Part shown: positions 1 through 11,866 of the stretch, piece by piece
Layout: each line of letters starts with the position of its first letter
Position numbering within the stretch: position 1 is the first letter of the stretch
Assembly: GCA_976551045.1 (NCBI GenBank)
Contig: CDPCPM010000151.1
Span: forward strand, 2,108,001-2,172,000
Origin: Glaucostegus cemiculus
Lineage: Eukaryota
Direction: 5' to 3'
DNA: 64,000 nt
Position numbers and translations under genes: made by a program
Notes under the pieces: model-generated
What the model was told of the DNA's origin: nothing
What the model saw: the letters and a program-made list of their open reading frames with translations, nothing else
Databases searched by the model: none

Positions 1-201
1 TTCTCCCCATGTCTGTGTTGTTTTCCTCCAGGTGCTCCAGTTTCCTCCCACATTCCACAGACGTACAGGTTAGGAAGTTGTGGGCATACTATGTTGGTGC
101 CGGAAGCATGGCGACACTTGCAGTCTGCCCCCCAAAATCACTACGCAAAAGATGTATTTCACTGTGTGTTTCAATGTACATGTGACTAATGAAGATCTTA
201 T
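1..201 (+). mobile_element. V-core SINE, tail type B (Rex1-like tail), cut by window start
   Basis: Core TTTCCTCCAGGTGCTCCAGTTTCCTCCCACATTCC then tail TTCACTGTGTGTTTCAATGTACATGTGACTAATGAAGATCTTA; colinear with the copy at 48732-49007. Confidence 0.85.
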
Positions 202-204
202 GAA

Positions 205-360
205 CCCATGAACATACTACATCATTATGCCTCTTTTGCACTATTTATTTATGTTTGCAACTTATAGTAATTTTTATGTCTTACACTGTACCACTGCCAC
301 AGAACAACAAATTTCACAACACATGTCAGTGATAATAAACCTGATTCTGATTCTGATTCT
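205..360 (+). mobile_element. 3' end fragment of a Rex1/Babar-type LINE with (GATTCT)n tail
   Basis: TCAC..GTGA-TAATAAA followed by (GATTCT)3; same tail repeat as the element at 4014-6007. Confidence 0.65.
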
Positions 361-807
361 TAATACCTAATTGAAATCTCATGGATGTTTCTGTCTAAGC
401 AGAGCTGTCTTGCCTAATCATTTCTTATGGCAACCTTAAGGATTTTGGCACAGTAACTAACCCATAAAAAGTTTTGAAACACAGTCTTGGTTGTGAGGTC
501 AATCTGCAAGAGAAAGTTGCCTTTACTCTAATCATTTACTAGCTCTGTCAGGTATCCAAACATGTTTCAAAACCACTTATACAATGTATGCTGGGGCTAT
601 TTTGCTTAGATTTATGTCTCAGAATATGCATAATAGTTTATTTTTTTCTTTTCCTTGTGAATGTTACACAGAATTTTACATTTTGTTATCAATAAATAAA
701 AAGTGCCTTATTTCTAATGTATCAAATTTTCGACTCTCCACGATGGTGGAAACCAACATACATTTGTTGAAACTACTTTCAACAAAGAAGTGCAACTTTT
801 CTTGGAG

Positions 808-1048
808 TTTGCTATTAAATGGATCTCTCATACACTAAAGATGAACTCTTGATCTCTCAATCTACCTTGTCATGGCCCTTGCACTTTATTTGCAACTCTG
901 CACTGCACTTTCTCTTTAGCTACAACACTAGATTCTGCATTCTGTTTTCCTTTTAACTACCTCAGTGCACTTATGTATAGCATAACCTGGCTGTATGGCA
1001 CACAAACAAAAGCTTTTCACTGTACGTGACAGTAATAAAACCAAAACC
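808..1048 (+). mobile_element. 3' UTR fragment of resident Rex1/Babar-type LINE
   Basis: Aligns by eye to 3290-3545 and 48495-48730 (CTGCACTTTCTCT..AGC, TTTTCACTGTAC..GTGACAGTAATAAA); the right arm of the terminal hairpin is deleted. Confidence 0.7.
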
Positions 1049-1131
1049 TGTAGTTTATTATAGAGAGTGTTTTTCTCTTGTTCCTTCCATTAAATATTAT
1101 CAGACAGAAAGAAGCTGTTAATTCCATCATG

Positions 1132-1233
1132 CCTGTGCCAATGCTTGTGCCAGCTCTTTGGAAGGGTTATCCAATGATGTTTCCTGTGCCAATGCTTGTG
1201 CCAGCTCTTTGGAAGGGTTATCCAATGATGTTT
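1132..1233. repeat. Perfect 51-bp tandem duplication
   Basis: 1132-1182 equals 1183-1233 (CCTGTGCCAATG...TGATGTTT), followed by CCT microhomology. Confidence 0.95.
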
Positions 1234-1359
1234 CCTTGATTTTACCACAAAGCCCTGGAATGTTTTAAGTATTTGTCTACACCATCTGTAAGTTCCCCTG
1301 TGTTGCTATTTCCATCAGCAAATAAACAGGTGAAACATGGGTCGACTGAAGTCAAAGTA

Positions 1360-1503
1360 CAAACAGAAAATGCTGGAGATATTCAACAGGTCAGACTGCA
1401 TCTGCAGGAGCAGAACTCTTGTTTCTCTTCCCACAGATGTGGCCTGACCCGCTAAGTATTTTCAGCATTTTCTGTTTATATTTTACATTTCCAGCATCTG
1501 CAG
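1360..1503. mobile_element. Inverted-repeat element built from Penelope-type terminal sequence
   Basis: AAACAGAAAATGCTGGAGATATTCAACAGGTCAG mirrored by CTGACCCGCTAAGTATTTTCAGCATTTTCTGTTT; same family as 8132-8320 and 45005-45640. Penelope assignment is from recall of the family. Confidence 0.6.
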
Positions 1504-1540
1504 GTTTTTTTTTATTTTCATGTATCATCATCATTTTCAT

Positions 1541-3559
1541 GTATCACCATCTCAGACTTTATCAGCAAGTGTGTGGAGGACTGTGTACCAAAGAAGACAA
1601 TATGGGTGTTCCCAAACAGGAACCATGGATGAATCGGAAGATCCAATCCCTACTGAAGGAGAGGACTGTTGCATACAAATCTGGTGATCCTGATCTGTAT
1701 GAGAGATCAATGTATGATCTTCAGAAAGCTATCAGGGATGCCAAGAGGCAATACTGACTCAAATAGAGTCCCTGACCAGCCGCCATTTATGGCAGGGCTT
1801 ACATGCCATAACAGGCTACAAGACAAAGCCGGGCTGCATAGCTACCAACAGCGCATCCCTTTCTGATGAACTTTACACATTCTATGTGCATTTTGAACAA
1901 AAGCGAGGTGGATTGTCACCATCCACCTTGATCACAGTGGAGGATGTAAGATCAGTCTTCCGGAGAGTGAACATGAGGAAAGCACCTGGCCCAGGTGATG
2001 TCCCTGGCCGTGTGCTCAGATCTTCTGCTGACCAGCTGGCAGAAGTACTTGTGGACATATTCAACTTCTCCCTGCTTCAATCTCAGGTTCCCTCCTGTTT
2101 TAAGAAGACCACTATCATCCCAGTACTAAAGAAAAGCAAGGTAACATGCCTCAATGACTACCAATCAGTGGCTCTGACATCCACCATCATGAAGTACTTT
2201 GAGAGGTTGGTCATGGCACGCATCAACTCCAGCCTCCCAGACAACCTGGACCCATTGCAATTCACCTATTGGCGAAGCACGTCTACAGTGGATGCCATCT
2301 CCCTGGCCCTACACTCAGCTCTGGACCATCTGGACAGTAAAGACACATATGTTAGACTATTGCTTATTGACTACAGCTCCCCCTTCAATACCATAATTCC
2401 AAGCAAGCTTTACTCTGAACTGCGAGACCTAGGACTCAACAACTCCATTTGTAACTGGATCCTTGACTTTCTAACAAACAGACCGCAATCAGTGAGGATA
2501 GGCAGCAATACCTCGGGCATGATAATTCTCAACACTGGTGCCCCACAAGGCTGCGTCCTCAGCCCTCTACTCTACTCCCTATACACTCATGACTGTGTGG
2601 CCAGATTCTGCTCTAATTCCATCTACATGTTTGCATATGATACCACTGTTGTAGGCTGTATCTCAAACAGCAATGAGTTGGAGTACAGGAAGGAGGTAGA
2701 GAGTTTAGTGGAATGGTGTCATGACAACAACCTTTCCCTCAATGTCAACAAAACTAAAGAGCTGGTCATTGATTTTAGGAAAGGGGGCGATGTACATGCA
2801 CCTGTCTACATCAATGATGCTGAGGTCGAGAGGGTTGAGAGCTTCAAGTTCCTGGAAGCGAACATCACCAACAGCCTGTCCTTGTCAAATCATGTACATG
2901 CCACAGCCAAGAAAGCTCACCAGCACCTCTACTTACTCAGGAGGCTAAAGAAATTAGGCATGTCTCCTTTGACTATCACCAACTTTTACCGATGCACCAT
3001 AGAAAGCATCCTACCTGGATGTATCATGGCTGGGTATGTCAACCGCTCAGCTCAGGATCGCAGGAAACTGCAGAGAGTTGTGGACACAACCCAGTGCATC
3101 ACAGACCCTAGCCTTCCCTCCTTGGACTCTGTCTTTACCTCACCTTGTCTTGGTGAAGCAGCCAGCATAATCAAAAACCCCACCCACCTGGGATATTCTC
3201 TCTTCTCTCCTCTTCCATCAGGTAGAAGATACAGGAGCCTGAGGGCACATATCACCAGACTTAAGGACAGCTTCTACGCCACTGTGATAAGACTATTGAA
3301 CAGTTCCCTTATGCAATGAGATGGACTACGAGCTCATGATCTACCTGACCTTGCACCCTGTTGCACTGCACTTTCTCTATAGCTGTGACACTTTACTCTG
3401 TATGGTTATTGTTTTTACCTGTACTACATCAATGCACTCTGTACTAACCCAATGTAACTGCACTGTGTAATGAATTGACCTGTATGGTCAGTTTGTAAGA
3501 CAAGTTTTTCACTGTACCTCGGTACAAGTGACAATAATAAACCAATACCAATACCAATA
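1541..3559 (+). mobile_element. 5'-truncated Rex1/Babar-type LINE, inactive (resident family, (CCAATA)n tail)
   Basis: ORF 1886-3319 has RT motifs [24 protein letters not shown] and C-terminal LYLLRRL..FYRCTIESIL; the catalytic FADD is mutated to FAYD; upstream stops and frameshifts; tail AATAATAAA(CCAATA)3. Confidence 0.92.
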
Positions 3560-4008
3560 TTGAAGGCAGTGAGTCTCAACTAAACAGCAGCCTTGGGTAC
3601 ATCAAAGTACCAAGTCTATACCAGTTGGTGCACTCAGTTCTTAAAGGTAGCCTTATACTTATATAAGTATCTCCTTTAGAAAAGAAAAAGACCTGAGCAA
3701 TCAATCAACTATTGATTGAAGTTATAAAAAAAGTTAAATATTAAGACATGATTACATAGTTATAGAATCAACCAGTTGTAAGTTCAGTTGACCTTCTGGG
3801 CTTTGTGACCTCTGAGATCTCCCCAACTGCAGTGGTGCATTTCTCATCCTGAGAAGTCCACTCTAGGTACTTGCAAGTTTGGTGAATAACCCGTCTCTGT
3901 AGTTTGCATCTCATCGATTCAGTTGCAAATCTCCTATGTCTCTTGCCCAGCAACAGCTGCAGCATAGAAACCATCCTCTAGTTCACACTTCTGCTTATCC
4001 TCTATCTT

Positions 4009-5757
4009 ATGTTACGCTGTCTGCTGCGTACTAGAGATGCAGCTTTCAGGGTGAGGGATGAGGAAGCTCTGAAGTCTGCAAGGAAAGACCTGTCTTGGGG
4101 TATTAAAAAGGCAAAACGACTATACGCAGAAAAGATAAACAATAATTTCACCAATGACAAGGATGCGAGGCGTCTGTGGAAGGGAATCCAGGTCATCACT
4201 GACTACAAAGCTCCACCCCAGGTTTGTGATGGTGACTCATCACTACCAGACCAGTTGAACGAATTTTATGCAAGGTTTGAGGCCATGAACCATACTCCTG
4301 CCTCGAAAGCCTGGCCTTCGCCAGAAGAACAGGCTTTGAGACTTACTCCAGCCAGTGTGGGGAAAGCCCTTTCACAGGTTAACCCTCAGAAGGCTGCGGG
4401 ACCGGACAGCATACCAGGGCGGATACTCAGGGACTGTGCGGACCAGCTTAAAGATGTACTGGCTGACATCTTCAACATCTCCCTACAGCAGGCTGTTGTT
4501 CCTAAGTGCCTAAAATCTGCCACCATCATACCTGTTCTCAAGAAGTCTCCTCCAAAGTGTCTGAATGACTACCGTCCTATAGCCCTAACACCGATTGTCA
4601 TGAAATGCTTTGAGAGGCTAGTTATGAAGCACATTAGAGCCTCCCTCCCCCCATCCTTGGATCCTCATCAGTATGCTTATCGGGCAAACAGGTCCACCGA
4701 TGATGCAGTCTCCTCTGCCATGCACTCTGCACTACATCACTTAGAGAAGAAGGACTCATACTGCCGGCTGCTATTCATTGACTTCAGCTCCGCTTTCAAT
4801 ACCATCATCCCACAACAGCTTAACAGGAAGTTGAGCGCTCTGGGCATCAACACTCCTCTCTGCAACTGGATACTGGATTTTCTAACTGGCAGGCCGCAGT
4901 CAGTCAAAATTGGTGAAAACACCTCAAGCACCATCACACTGAGCACTGGCTCCCCTCAGGGTTGTGTGCTCAGTCCGCTCCTGTTCACCTTGTTGACCCA
5001 CGACTGTGAGGCCAGATTCAGCTCCAACCACATTGTTAAATTTGCCGATGACACGACAGTGGTGGGTCTTGTTACGAATGACGATGAGTCGGACTACAGA
5101 GAGGAGGTGAACCAACTAGCCGTGTGGTGCCATGACAACAACCTCTCCTTGAATGTGGATAAAACCAAGGAGATGATAGTGGATTTTAGGAGGGGTCATC
5201 GTGTGCACGCTCCGCTGACCATCAACGGGTCTGCTGTGGAACAAGTACGCAGCACCAAGTTCCTGGGGGTGCACATCACCGACGACCTGACCTGGTCCAC
5301 TAACATTACGGCCCTCACGAAGAAGGCTCAGAAACGCCTCTACTTCCTGCGGAGACTGAGGAAAGCATACCCACACCCCTCAGTCATGAAATCCTTCTAC
5401 AGGGGGACCATTGAGAGCATCCTAACTCAATGTATCTCTGTTTGGTTTGGAAGCTGCTCAGCTGCTGGGCGGAAGTCCCTCCAGAAGATAGTTAAGGCTG
5501 CGGAGTGGATCATAGGTGTCTCGCTTCCATCCCTCGCAGACATATACAAAGACCGTTGTGTGAGGAAGACCAAAAGCATAATGGCCGACCCCTCTCACCC
5601 CTCCCACCACCTCTTCACAATTTTGCCATCAGGGAGGAGGCTTAAATGTATCAGGGCAAGAACGTCCAGGCTGAACAATAGCTTCTTTCCGCAAGCCATA
5701 AGAACTGCAAACTCTCTCATTCCTCCATCTTCCTTTGTTAACACTAGGAGATGCTAG
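4009..5757 (+). CDS. Non-LTR retrotransposon reverse transcriptase ORF (582 aa, no endonuclease domain)
   Basis: [42 protein letters not shown], intact [27 protein letters not shown]; no stops. The ATG lies in the TSD. Expression unknown. Confidence 0.85.
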   Translation: MLRCLLRTRDAAFRVRDEEALKSARKDLSWGIKKAKRLYAEKINNNFTNDKDARRLWKGIQVITDYKAPPQVCDGDSSLPDQLNEFYARFEAMNHTPASKAWPSPEEQALRLTPASVGKALSQVNPQKAAGPDSIPGRILRDCADQLKDVLADIFNISLQQAVVPKCLKSATIIPVLKKSPPKCLNDYRPIALTPIVMKCFERLVMKHIRASLPPSLDPHQYAYRANRSTDDAVSSAMHSALHHLEKKDSYCRLLFIDFSSAFNTIIPQQLNRKLSALGINTPLCNWILDFLTGRPQSVKIGENTSSTITLSTGSPQGCVLSPLLFTLLTHDCEARFSSNHIVKFADDTTVVGLVTNDDESDYREEVNQLAVWCHDNNLSLNVDKTKEMIVDFRRGHRVHAPLTINGSAVEQVRSTKFLGVHITDDLTWSTNITALTKKAQKRLYFLRRLRKAYPHPSVMKSFYRGTIESILTQCISVWFGSCSAAGRKSLQKIVKAAEWIIGVSLPSLADIYKDRCVRKTKSIMADPSHPSHHLFTILPSGRRLKCIRARTSRLNNSFFPQAIRTANSLIPPSSFVNTRRC

Positions 5758-6007
5758 GTGCACAGAAATGCACCAGCACTTTAAATGCCCGACACCAGCC
5801 CGTTCACTTTAAGATCTATTTATGTAAGAACTAATGTGTAATGTTTTGTACTGTGTATTCTGCCAAGTGTGTATGTGTCTCTCTGTTGGTTGTTATGTTA
5901 TTCTTTTTTTATGAGACGTGTTCCTGTGGAGGACGGTATCTCGCTCCTATGCGTACCATGTATGTATATGGTTGTGACAATAAAACTGATTCTGATTCTG
6001 ATTCTGA
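4014..6007 (+). mobile_element. Young 5'-truncated Rex1/Babar-type LINE of a distinct family, 7-bp TSD
   Basis: TTATGTT at 4007-4013 and 6008-6014; (GATTCT)n tail after AATAAA; unbroken RT ORF; many CpGs retained. Confidence 0.95.
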
Positions 6008-6621
6008 TTATGTTCTCAATCAGCATCATCTTGGGTATCAAACACGTGTATTGATTGACCTACATGAATCTTTTGACTTCTGTTGCCCATTTTCACCATG
6101 GAGTTCCTGTTTCTCATTAATTCCACAATCTCTCCACACCTCCATCTTGACAATCCTCCATGGGCTGGTGGTCAGAGAACCCTCACAGCTTCTCACACCT
6201 CCTTACCAGTTAGGTAATGATTCTGTTACTTTAGCTCAAGATCCTGAAGGCCTGTTGTCCTTGCCAAGACTCATGCTGTTGCTTCAGCACATTTGCACAT
6301 TTTAATGTTATACAAATGTCACACTGATTGAAAATTATGCTGCCCATCTACTATGCAAAACAGCATCAATTGCAAGGAAACCAGCAATTCAATTTCACAA
6401 GGCAGAAGTGAATATCAATCGTGTTTCTTGATCGATTTTGAACTTAAATTGGGGATTACAGTGCCACAATGGTCCACAGTGTAGTACCATTTGAGGACAC
6501 ACTTCCATAATCATTTCTATCCCTACCCTATTATTTCACTGTAGTGGTTTTGCAGCAAGGATTTATATACAGTCAAGGAGCTGTCAGCCATCAATCAGTA
6601 CCTGCCCAAGGTTCAAGTTCC

Positions 6622-6745
6622 CACTTCTGAGTCAGATGGTCATGGATTTAGGAGTTAAGCTCTGAGAGAGAGCTGATCAGTCAGAGATCCCATTGTTCCA
6701 CTGAGATATTAAACCTATCTGACTTTTCAGGTGGAAGTACATCCC
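6622..6745 (+). mobile_element. Degraded Deu-domain (SacSINE1/AmnSINE1-like) SINE fragment
   Basis: CTGAGTCAGATGGT.., TGAGATATTAAACC..TCAGGTGGA resemble the family consensus as recalled. Confidence 0.45.
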
Positions 6746-8131
6746 CTTGTCTCTGTAGTTATCAATTTAGCCACAGATAGAGAACCAATGGTTTGAGGAA
6801 ATGAATTTCCAGGCTAAAACCTCTGTTTCAAATCTGCAAAGCCCCTCACTCCCTTGTTCTTTTGTTGTTTCTGAAGAAACGGCTTTCCGATTTAAATTAT
6901 GCTTTCCTCTTCGATTTCTTAACCTTGTTAATGTTCTGCATTAAAGGCTTCAGCCCTTCAAAACGGTTTCTCAAATGAGAACAATTAATCATTTCTTAAT
7001 CGCTAAGAAGACAGGTATCCCTGTAACTTTCATATGGACCAACTGAAGCCATTTTCCATGAATAAATAGAACAATCCTGGACAGTTAAATGTTTAAACAT
7101 GATCTTATTTCTATTTAGTTATTGTGTGTTCACAATACCTTTTGACTGTGCTGGTATTTCACTACTCTCCAAATTGCATTAGGGTAATTTTGTAATCAAA
7201 TTGCACCATACAGTTTATGTTGATCCATGGCTGAATCTACTTCTCATTAATGCAAACTGTGCACCTATAATGTGCCTACTTCAGTAACAGAGAACAACGA
7301 AAACTGATTTTATGTGATTTGGTTAGACATCACTTACTAAACAGTAACACAAGACAGAAGGCTTTCCTGGGAAAGGCGCTGTGATTAAATTGCTACACTC
7401 CGGTCAGCTTGCTGTTACTGATTTGCCCTACACAGGAACTATTTTCAGATTTACTTGGAAGAAGATAGCTACTGCTATTCATCTTACAGGATACCCCAAT
7501 CATTTAGATTATCTGATCCTGGTAATAAGCAGACACTAATATTAAACTGCTCTTGACTTCAAGCTATTACCATGATGGATCCCTGCTGCTGGCACACACT
7601 GCTCCATTTGAACCAAGTGTTACCACCCGCACCTCTGTAACCTCCAGGATGCCACCCAGTGGTAGCACTATACACAAAGAATGGACACTTTTAACACTTA
7701 AACAGTATCTAGACTTTATCCCTCTGCAATTATCTCTTTTCCTGAGAGAGATTGATGCTATAGAGGGGAACAGAGAAGAATTTTCTAGTGTCTTTTATCC
7801 CTCTGCAATATTCCCTTGTATGCCCAAGGATCTCCTCCATATGTTTTGCCTTTCCTAGGAGAATCCATGACTGCAGTTTGTAGGAGTGGAAAAGAGGAAG
7901 GAAGTGGACCGGGCGTCATGCTCCTCTTCCCCTCAGAAGCTCGATGCAGGGTTGATAGACCAGCTGCTCTTTGCCTGCTCATCAGTTTTGCTACTTACGG
8001 ACACCAGCCATCTTCTGGCTTGCTGCCCAGTTGATTATACTCTATCTCTGCCACTAGGTAGTAAGTGCTGGGAGATCGCAGAGACTATCATAACACAATT
8101 TGTGCTCCTTCCAGCCAGTGACTAATCCAAG

Positions 8132-8320
8132 TGCAAAATACTGCAGGTACCAGAAATCTAAAATAAAAAGGAAATGCTGGAAATACTGAGCAAGTCAGGC
8201 AGCATCTGCGGACAGAGAAATGGAATTAACTAAAATTAACAGTTTAGTTCTGATGAAGGGTGTTTGACCTGAAATGTTAATTCTGTTTCTATCTCTGCTG
8301 ATGCATTTTTGTTTTTATTA
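8132..8320. mobile_element. Penelope-derived inverted-repeat element with hammerhead-like core
   Basis: AAATGCTGGAAATACTGAGCAAGTCAGGCAGCATC arm, mirrored arm GTTAATTCTGTTTC..TGATGC; CTGATGA-AGG..CCT-GAAA at 8250-8274. Confidence 0.65.
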
Positions 8321-9572
8321 TTAATAGAATAGCAATCAGGGAAGGCAACCAGGGATGATAATGCACCCTTGACTCTTCCAAGGGATCAACTAGGAACCCC
8401 TGGTTCTACATATGTTAATGTCACATCATTAAGCCAACTGGCCAAATTTGTTATCAGTTCAGTGAAATCAAATCAGTCACTACATATTCTTTTTCCAGCA
8501 TATGTGTTCCTTGTGATCATATCCCTATTTTGTTTTTATTTGCTCTTTGAATTCTGGGTGATAGGTTTGGCAAAATAGTGCATACCTCCACAATACATCC
8601 CTTCTGTAAAACTTCAGCCCTGCTCCTTACTACATTCCCAACCACTCCCCACTGCTCACTCAATTATCGATGGTTTCCAGAAAGTTATCTGAACCAGTGT
8701 TCAGCATATAATTTTGGTTCGCACATCTTGGAACCAGACCTCTCAAGGACTGGTTAAATTCCTTGGCTCCCGCATTGAGCCTAATTGGCATATCACACCA
8801 TTGACCTCCAACAACTAGATGTGTCAAATGCAAATAATTGCACAGATTTGAAAGCTATTCTTGAGGCCATTAATATTATTGGAATGTGATTTATAATGAT
8901 ATTATTACAAAGTAAATGAAATTAGCAAGTACTCTCAGCAGCCTTGAAGTGGAGACCAAAGAGCATGTCAGCAGTCCTGTGGCATTAATGGCTGGCTTGG
9001 CTGTGTTGCTTGGCTCATGAAAGTAATAAGAAATGGGCAAAACATTCACCACGTTTTAGAGTCCGTTAATTACTGTCTTTGATGTGGCTTAAATGATTCT
9101 GTCTGAAATACCTACTGAGCATACTTCAGATTATGGTTATTTGATTGAAGGAAGTAATTCCAAAAAACAGTAGGCACTTTGAGGTCCATCACTTGTGTTC
9201 TGACAGCAGATCAGTGAAGCTGTATTTGTTAAGCAATACCTTTAAGGCTTGCTCAGACATTTGGGAAGCAAATAATAGCATTAGACATTCTGAAAATATT
9301 TAAGCTTCTCAGACGAAAAGTAAAAGGCATAATGTACTGCATGTTCTGGGACATCAGGCTACAGGACAAATATGAATTGGTAATTTAGAAGCTGGAGGCA
9401 GGTTCAAAGGATTTCTTCAGGGTAACTTTTTATGGATTTGCAATCCCAGCAGGAAGCTTTAACCACTGGTTGCACATTGCAGGGATTGTCATGCAAAAGT
9501 CGGTGGGCTCTAACCTGGTCAGTGACAGGATACTTGGAACTCCTTGTCACCTATGCAAATCCATGGAATTTC

Positions 9573-9825
9573 TTTTTTTTTAATTTATTTACAGCGTGGT
9601 AACAGGCCCTTTCGGCCCAACGAGTCCACACCGCCCATTTTTTTAAACCCCCAGATTAACCTACCCGTACGTCTTTTAGAATGTGGGAGGAAACCAGAGC
9701 ACCCAGAGGAAACCCATGCAGACACGGGAGAACGTACAAACTCCTTACAGTCAGCGACGGGAATTGAACCCCGATCGCTGGCACTGTAACAGCGTTGCGC
9801 TAACCGCTACGCTATCGTGCCGCCC
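9573..9825 (-). mobile_element. Full-length young tRNA-derived V-core SINE, tail type A (CR1-like)
   Basis: On minus: A box TAGCGTAGCGG, B box GGTTCAATTCC, V core, tail GGGCCGAAAGGGCCTGTTACCACGCTGTAAATAAA; highly similar to 29312-29580. Confidence 0.93.
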
Positions 9826-11329
9826 TTCAACTTTAGGAATTTTGCAGGTGTTGTGATACAGCTCAATTACACAGGAGAGGAAAATTAAATCAACACCAAT
9901 ATCCTGGGAAGATTGGAAGTGTTTCAGGGATGGCTGAATGGATGCTGAGTAGAAAGATTAAAATTTTCATCAAAACTGTCTTAAAAAAATGAGATATTGT
10001 TATCTTTATGAACAGAAGAACAACCAAGATCACAAGTTGAGCAGTCTGAATTTTCAATACTCTGCATTTCCAGTACTCACTATACCTTATTGTCCCTGGG
10101 ATCTATTTAAACATAGCATTTCTAATGTAATATCGCAGAACATCTTTAAAATCATGTTGCCAATATAATGTTATATTGCTCATTGGTATTATTCCTTTTT
10201 ATATATCAACTAGGGTTGGATATAAATATGTATTATAAAACAAAATGGTGATAATAATTGCCATTGTTTCTCTCCAGAAGCTTAAAATAAATAACATATT
10301 CCATAATATAATGCATTTTGCAGAGAAGTAAATTAAATAAAGCAGAGTTAATTTAAGTACAAATTGTTGCTGAGGAGGATTTTTCTTTCTAATGTAAAAC
10401 CACCATCAGTTAAAAGACTGCACAGATTCTATTTTTCAAATGCATTTATGCAGTAACAGGTTCATTCATGTCAGCTAATTCTGCAATCTAATTATCTGGC
10501 ATATTTCTAAGTAACATTTTTCCAGAAGACATGCATATTTATGTAGGAGAATTTTAAAGCTTTTAAACTGGCAAAGCATCTCCCTGAAAACCTACATTCA
10601 ATCTTAAGCGAGGTACAGAGGTCACCTTTGGTATAAATAAGAAACATTTAAGGAAACACAAGACCTTCACATCCATTTAGAATACACCATATTTATTTTC
10701 TTAGCAATAATATTATACTTGTCATTTCTCAGCCTTTGTGTAGTGAGTCATTGAATTATCGGGTCACATTGTGCTGACTTTCATCTGGTGGTTGAACACA
10801 GTCTGCAGGTCAGCTTAATGTTGACATCCACACTTGTGTGGAAAAGCATTCAGAGCTGAGAGGCCTGATGCCCTTTGCATCTGACCCCTCAGTTTTACTG
10901 CAGGAATGGTGGGTGCATGCAGAATATTTGAAAGGAGTCACTGACCTTGATTGAAAAGTTAATTATAGGGATGAGATTTATTTTACTTCATGGTTTTAAT
11001 TAACTTTGGGCATTAAAAGGTGCTTTTTGGTAAATGTATTGCCTTTCTTTAAATCCAATTTTTAAACATCTTGTATCATTATAGATCTGTACAAAAGCCT
11101 TTGACAGCAGCAAGCTGTCCAATGGCTACCAAGGATTTTCAGCAGTGGGACCTAGGAACAGTGGGTGGTGATCTAGTCTCCATTGGCAGCCTGCTCCAAC
11201 TCATGGATCAGTTGCAGCTTCAAGGCTTACAACTTGATCGTACTACAGGGCAGCAAAGGGTAAGTGTGACATGCTGAAAGTGAAGGGACAAGTTCAAGTC
11301 GAGGGTTAGATCGATCTAAATATCCCATG

Positions 11330-11441
11330 CTGAAAGGGGATTAATGCAGGTTTAATGTAAATGGGTGGCTGATGGTTGGCATGTACACAGTGGGCTGAAT
11401 GGCCTTTTGCTGTGCTGTATTTCTCTCTGATTCTATGACTC
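11330..11441 (+). mobile_element. 3' tail fragment of older V-core SINE family
   Basis: GGGATTAATG..TGTAAATGGGTGG..GGGCTGAATGGCC..TGTGCTGTA..CTATGACTC, as in 40670-41006. Confidence 0.65.
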
Positions 11442-11866
11442 CATTCCATCACAGAAGGGCTTTCAATACCTCATCACATATTGCAAGAGCTATAGAAGTA
11501 GTCCTGGTTGCCTGACCTTTCTCTATATGCCTGCAATTAAATTTCATGTCTCACTATAAATATTAATATTTTTTCTGAAATTTTGTCATCCAATCCATTT
11601 ATGAAAATATTAAAGTAATTAATTTAAACCAATGAGGAAATTGCTTGGGAAAGGAGAAACCCATGAGCTACAATGTGTAAAATTATTTGAGCCTGTTACA
11701 TTGGTGGAGTGATTTAGCCACGAGTCAGCACAGATTTCAGAATAGAAGGTCAGGTTCTACTGACGAGATGCTCTGAAGGCCAGCATAGAGTCAATGGGCA
11801 AAATGACCTCCTTCTATGTTCGCTGGAGAACTTGCCAGTTTGTTGGTGGCAGGAGATTAGAGTATT

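Noticed and set aside
1132-1233. CRISPR-like repeat
   Set aside because: Two abutting units, no spacers, eukaryotic context.
4009-5757. RT as a retron, DGR, group II intron or domesticated gene
   Set aside because: TSD, tandem-repeat tail, Rex1-type C-terminal motif and paralogous copies identify an ordinary non-LTR retrotransposon; no accessory genes or template repeats.
7436-7521. Possible plus-strand exon CACAG..GTAATA, two frames open
   Set aside because: Weak donor, unrecognised peptides, no supported partner exon.
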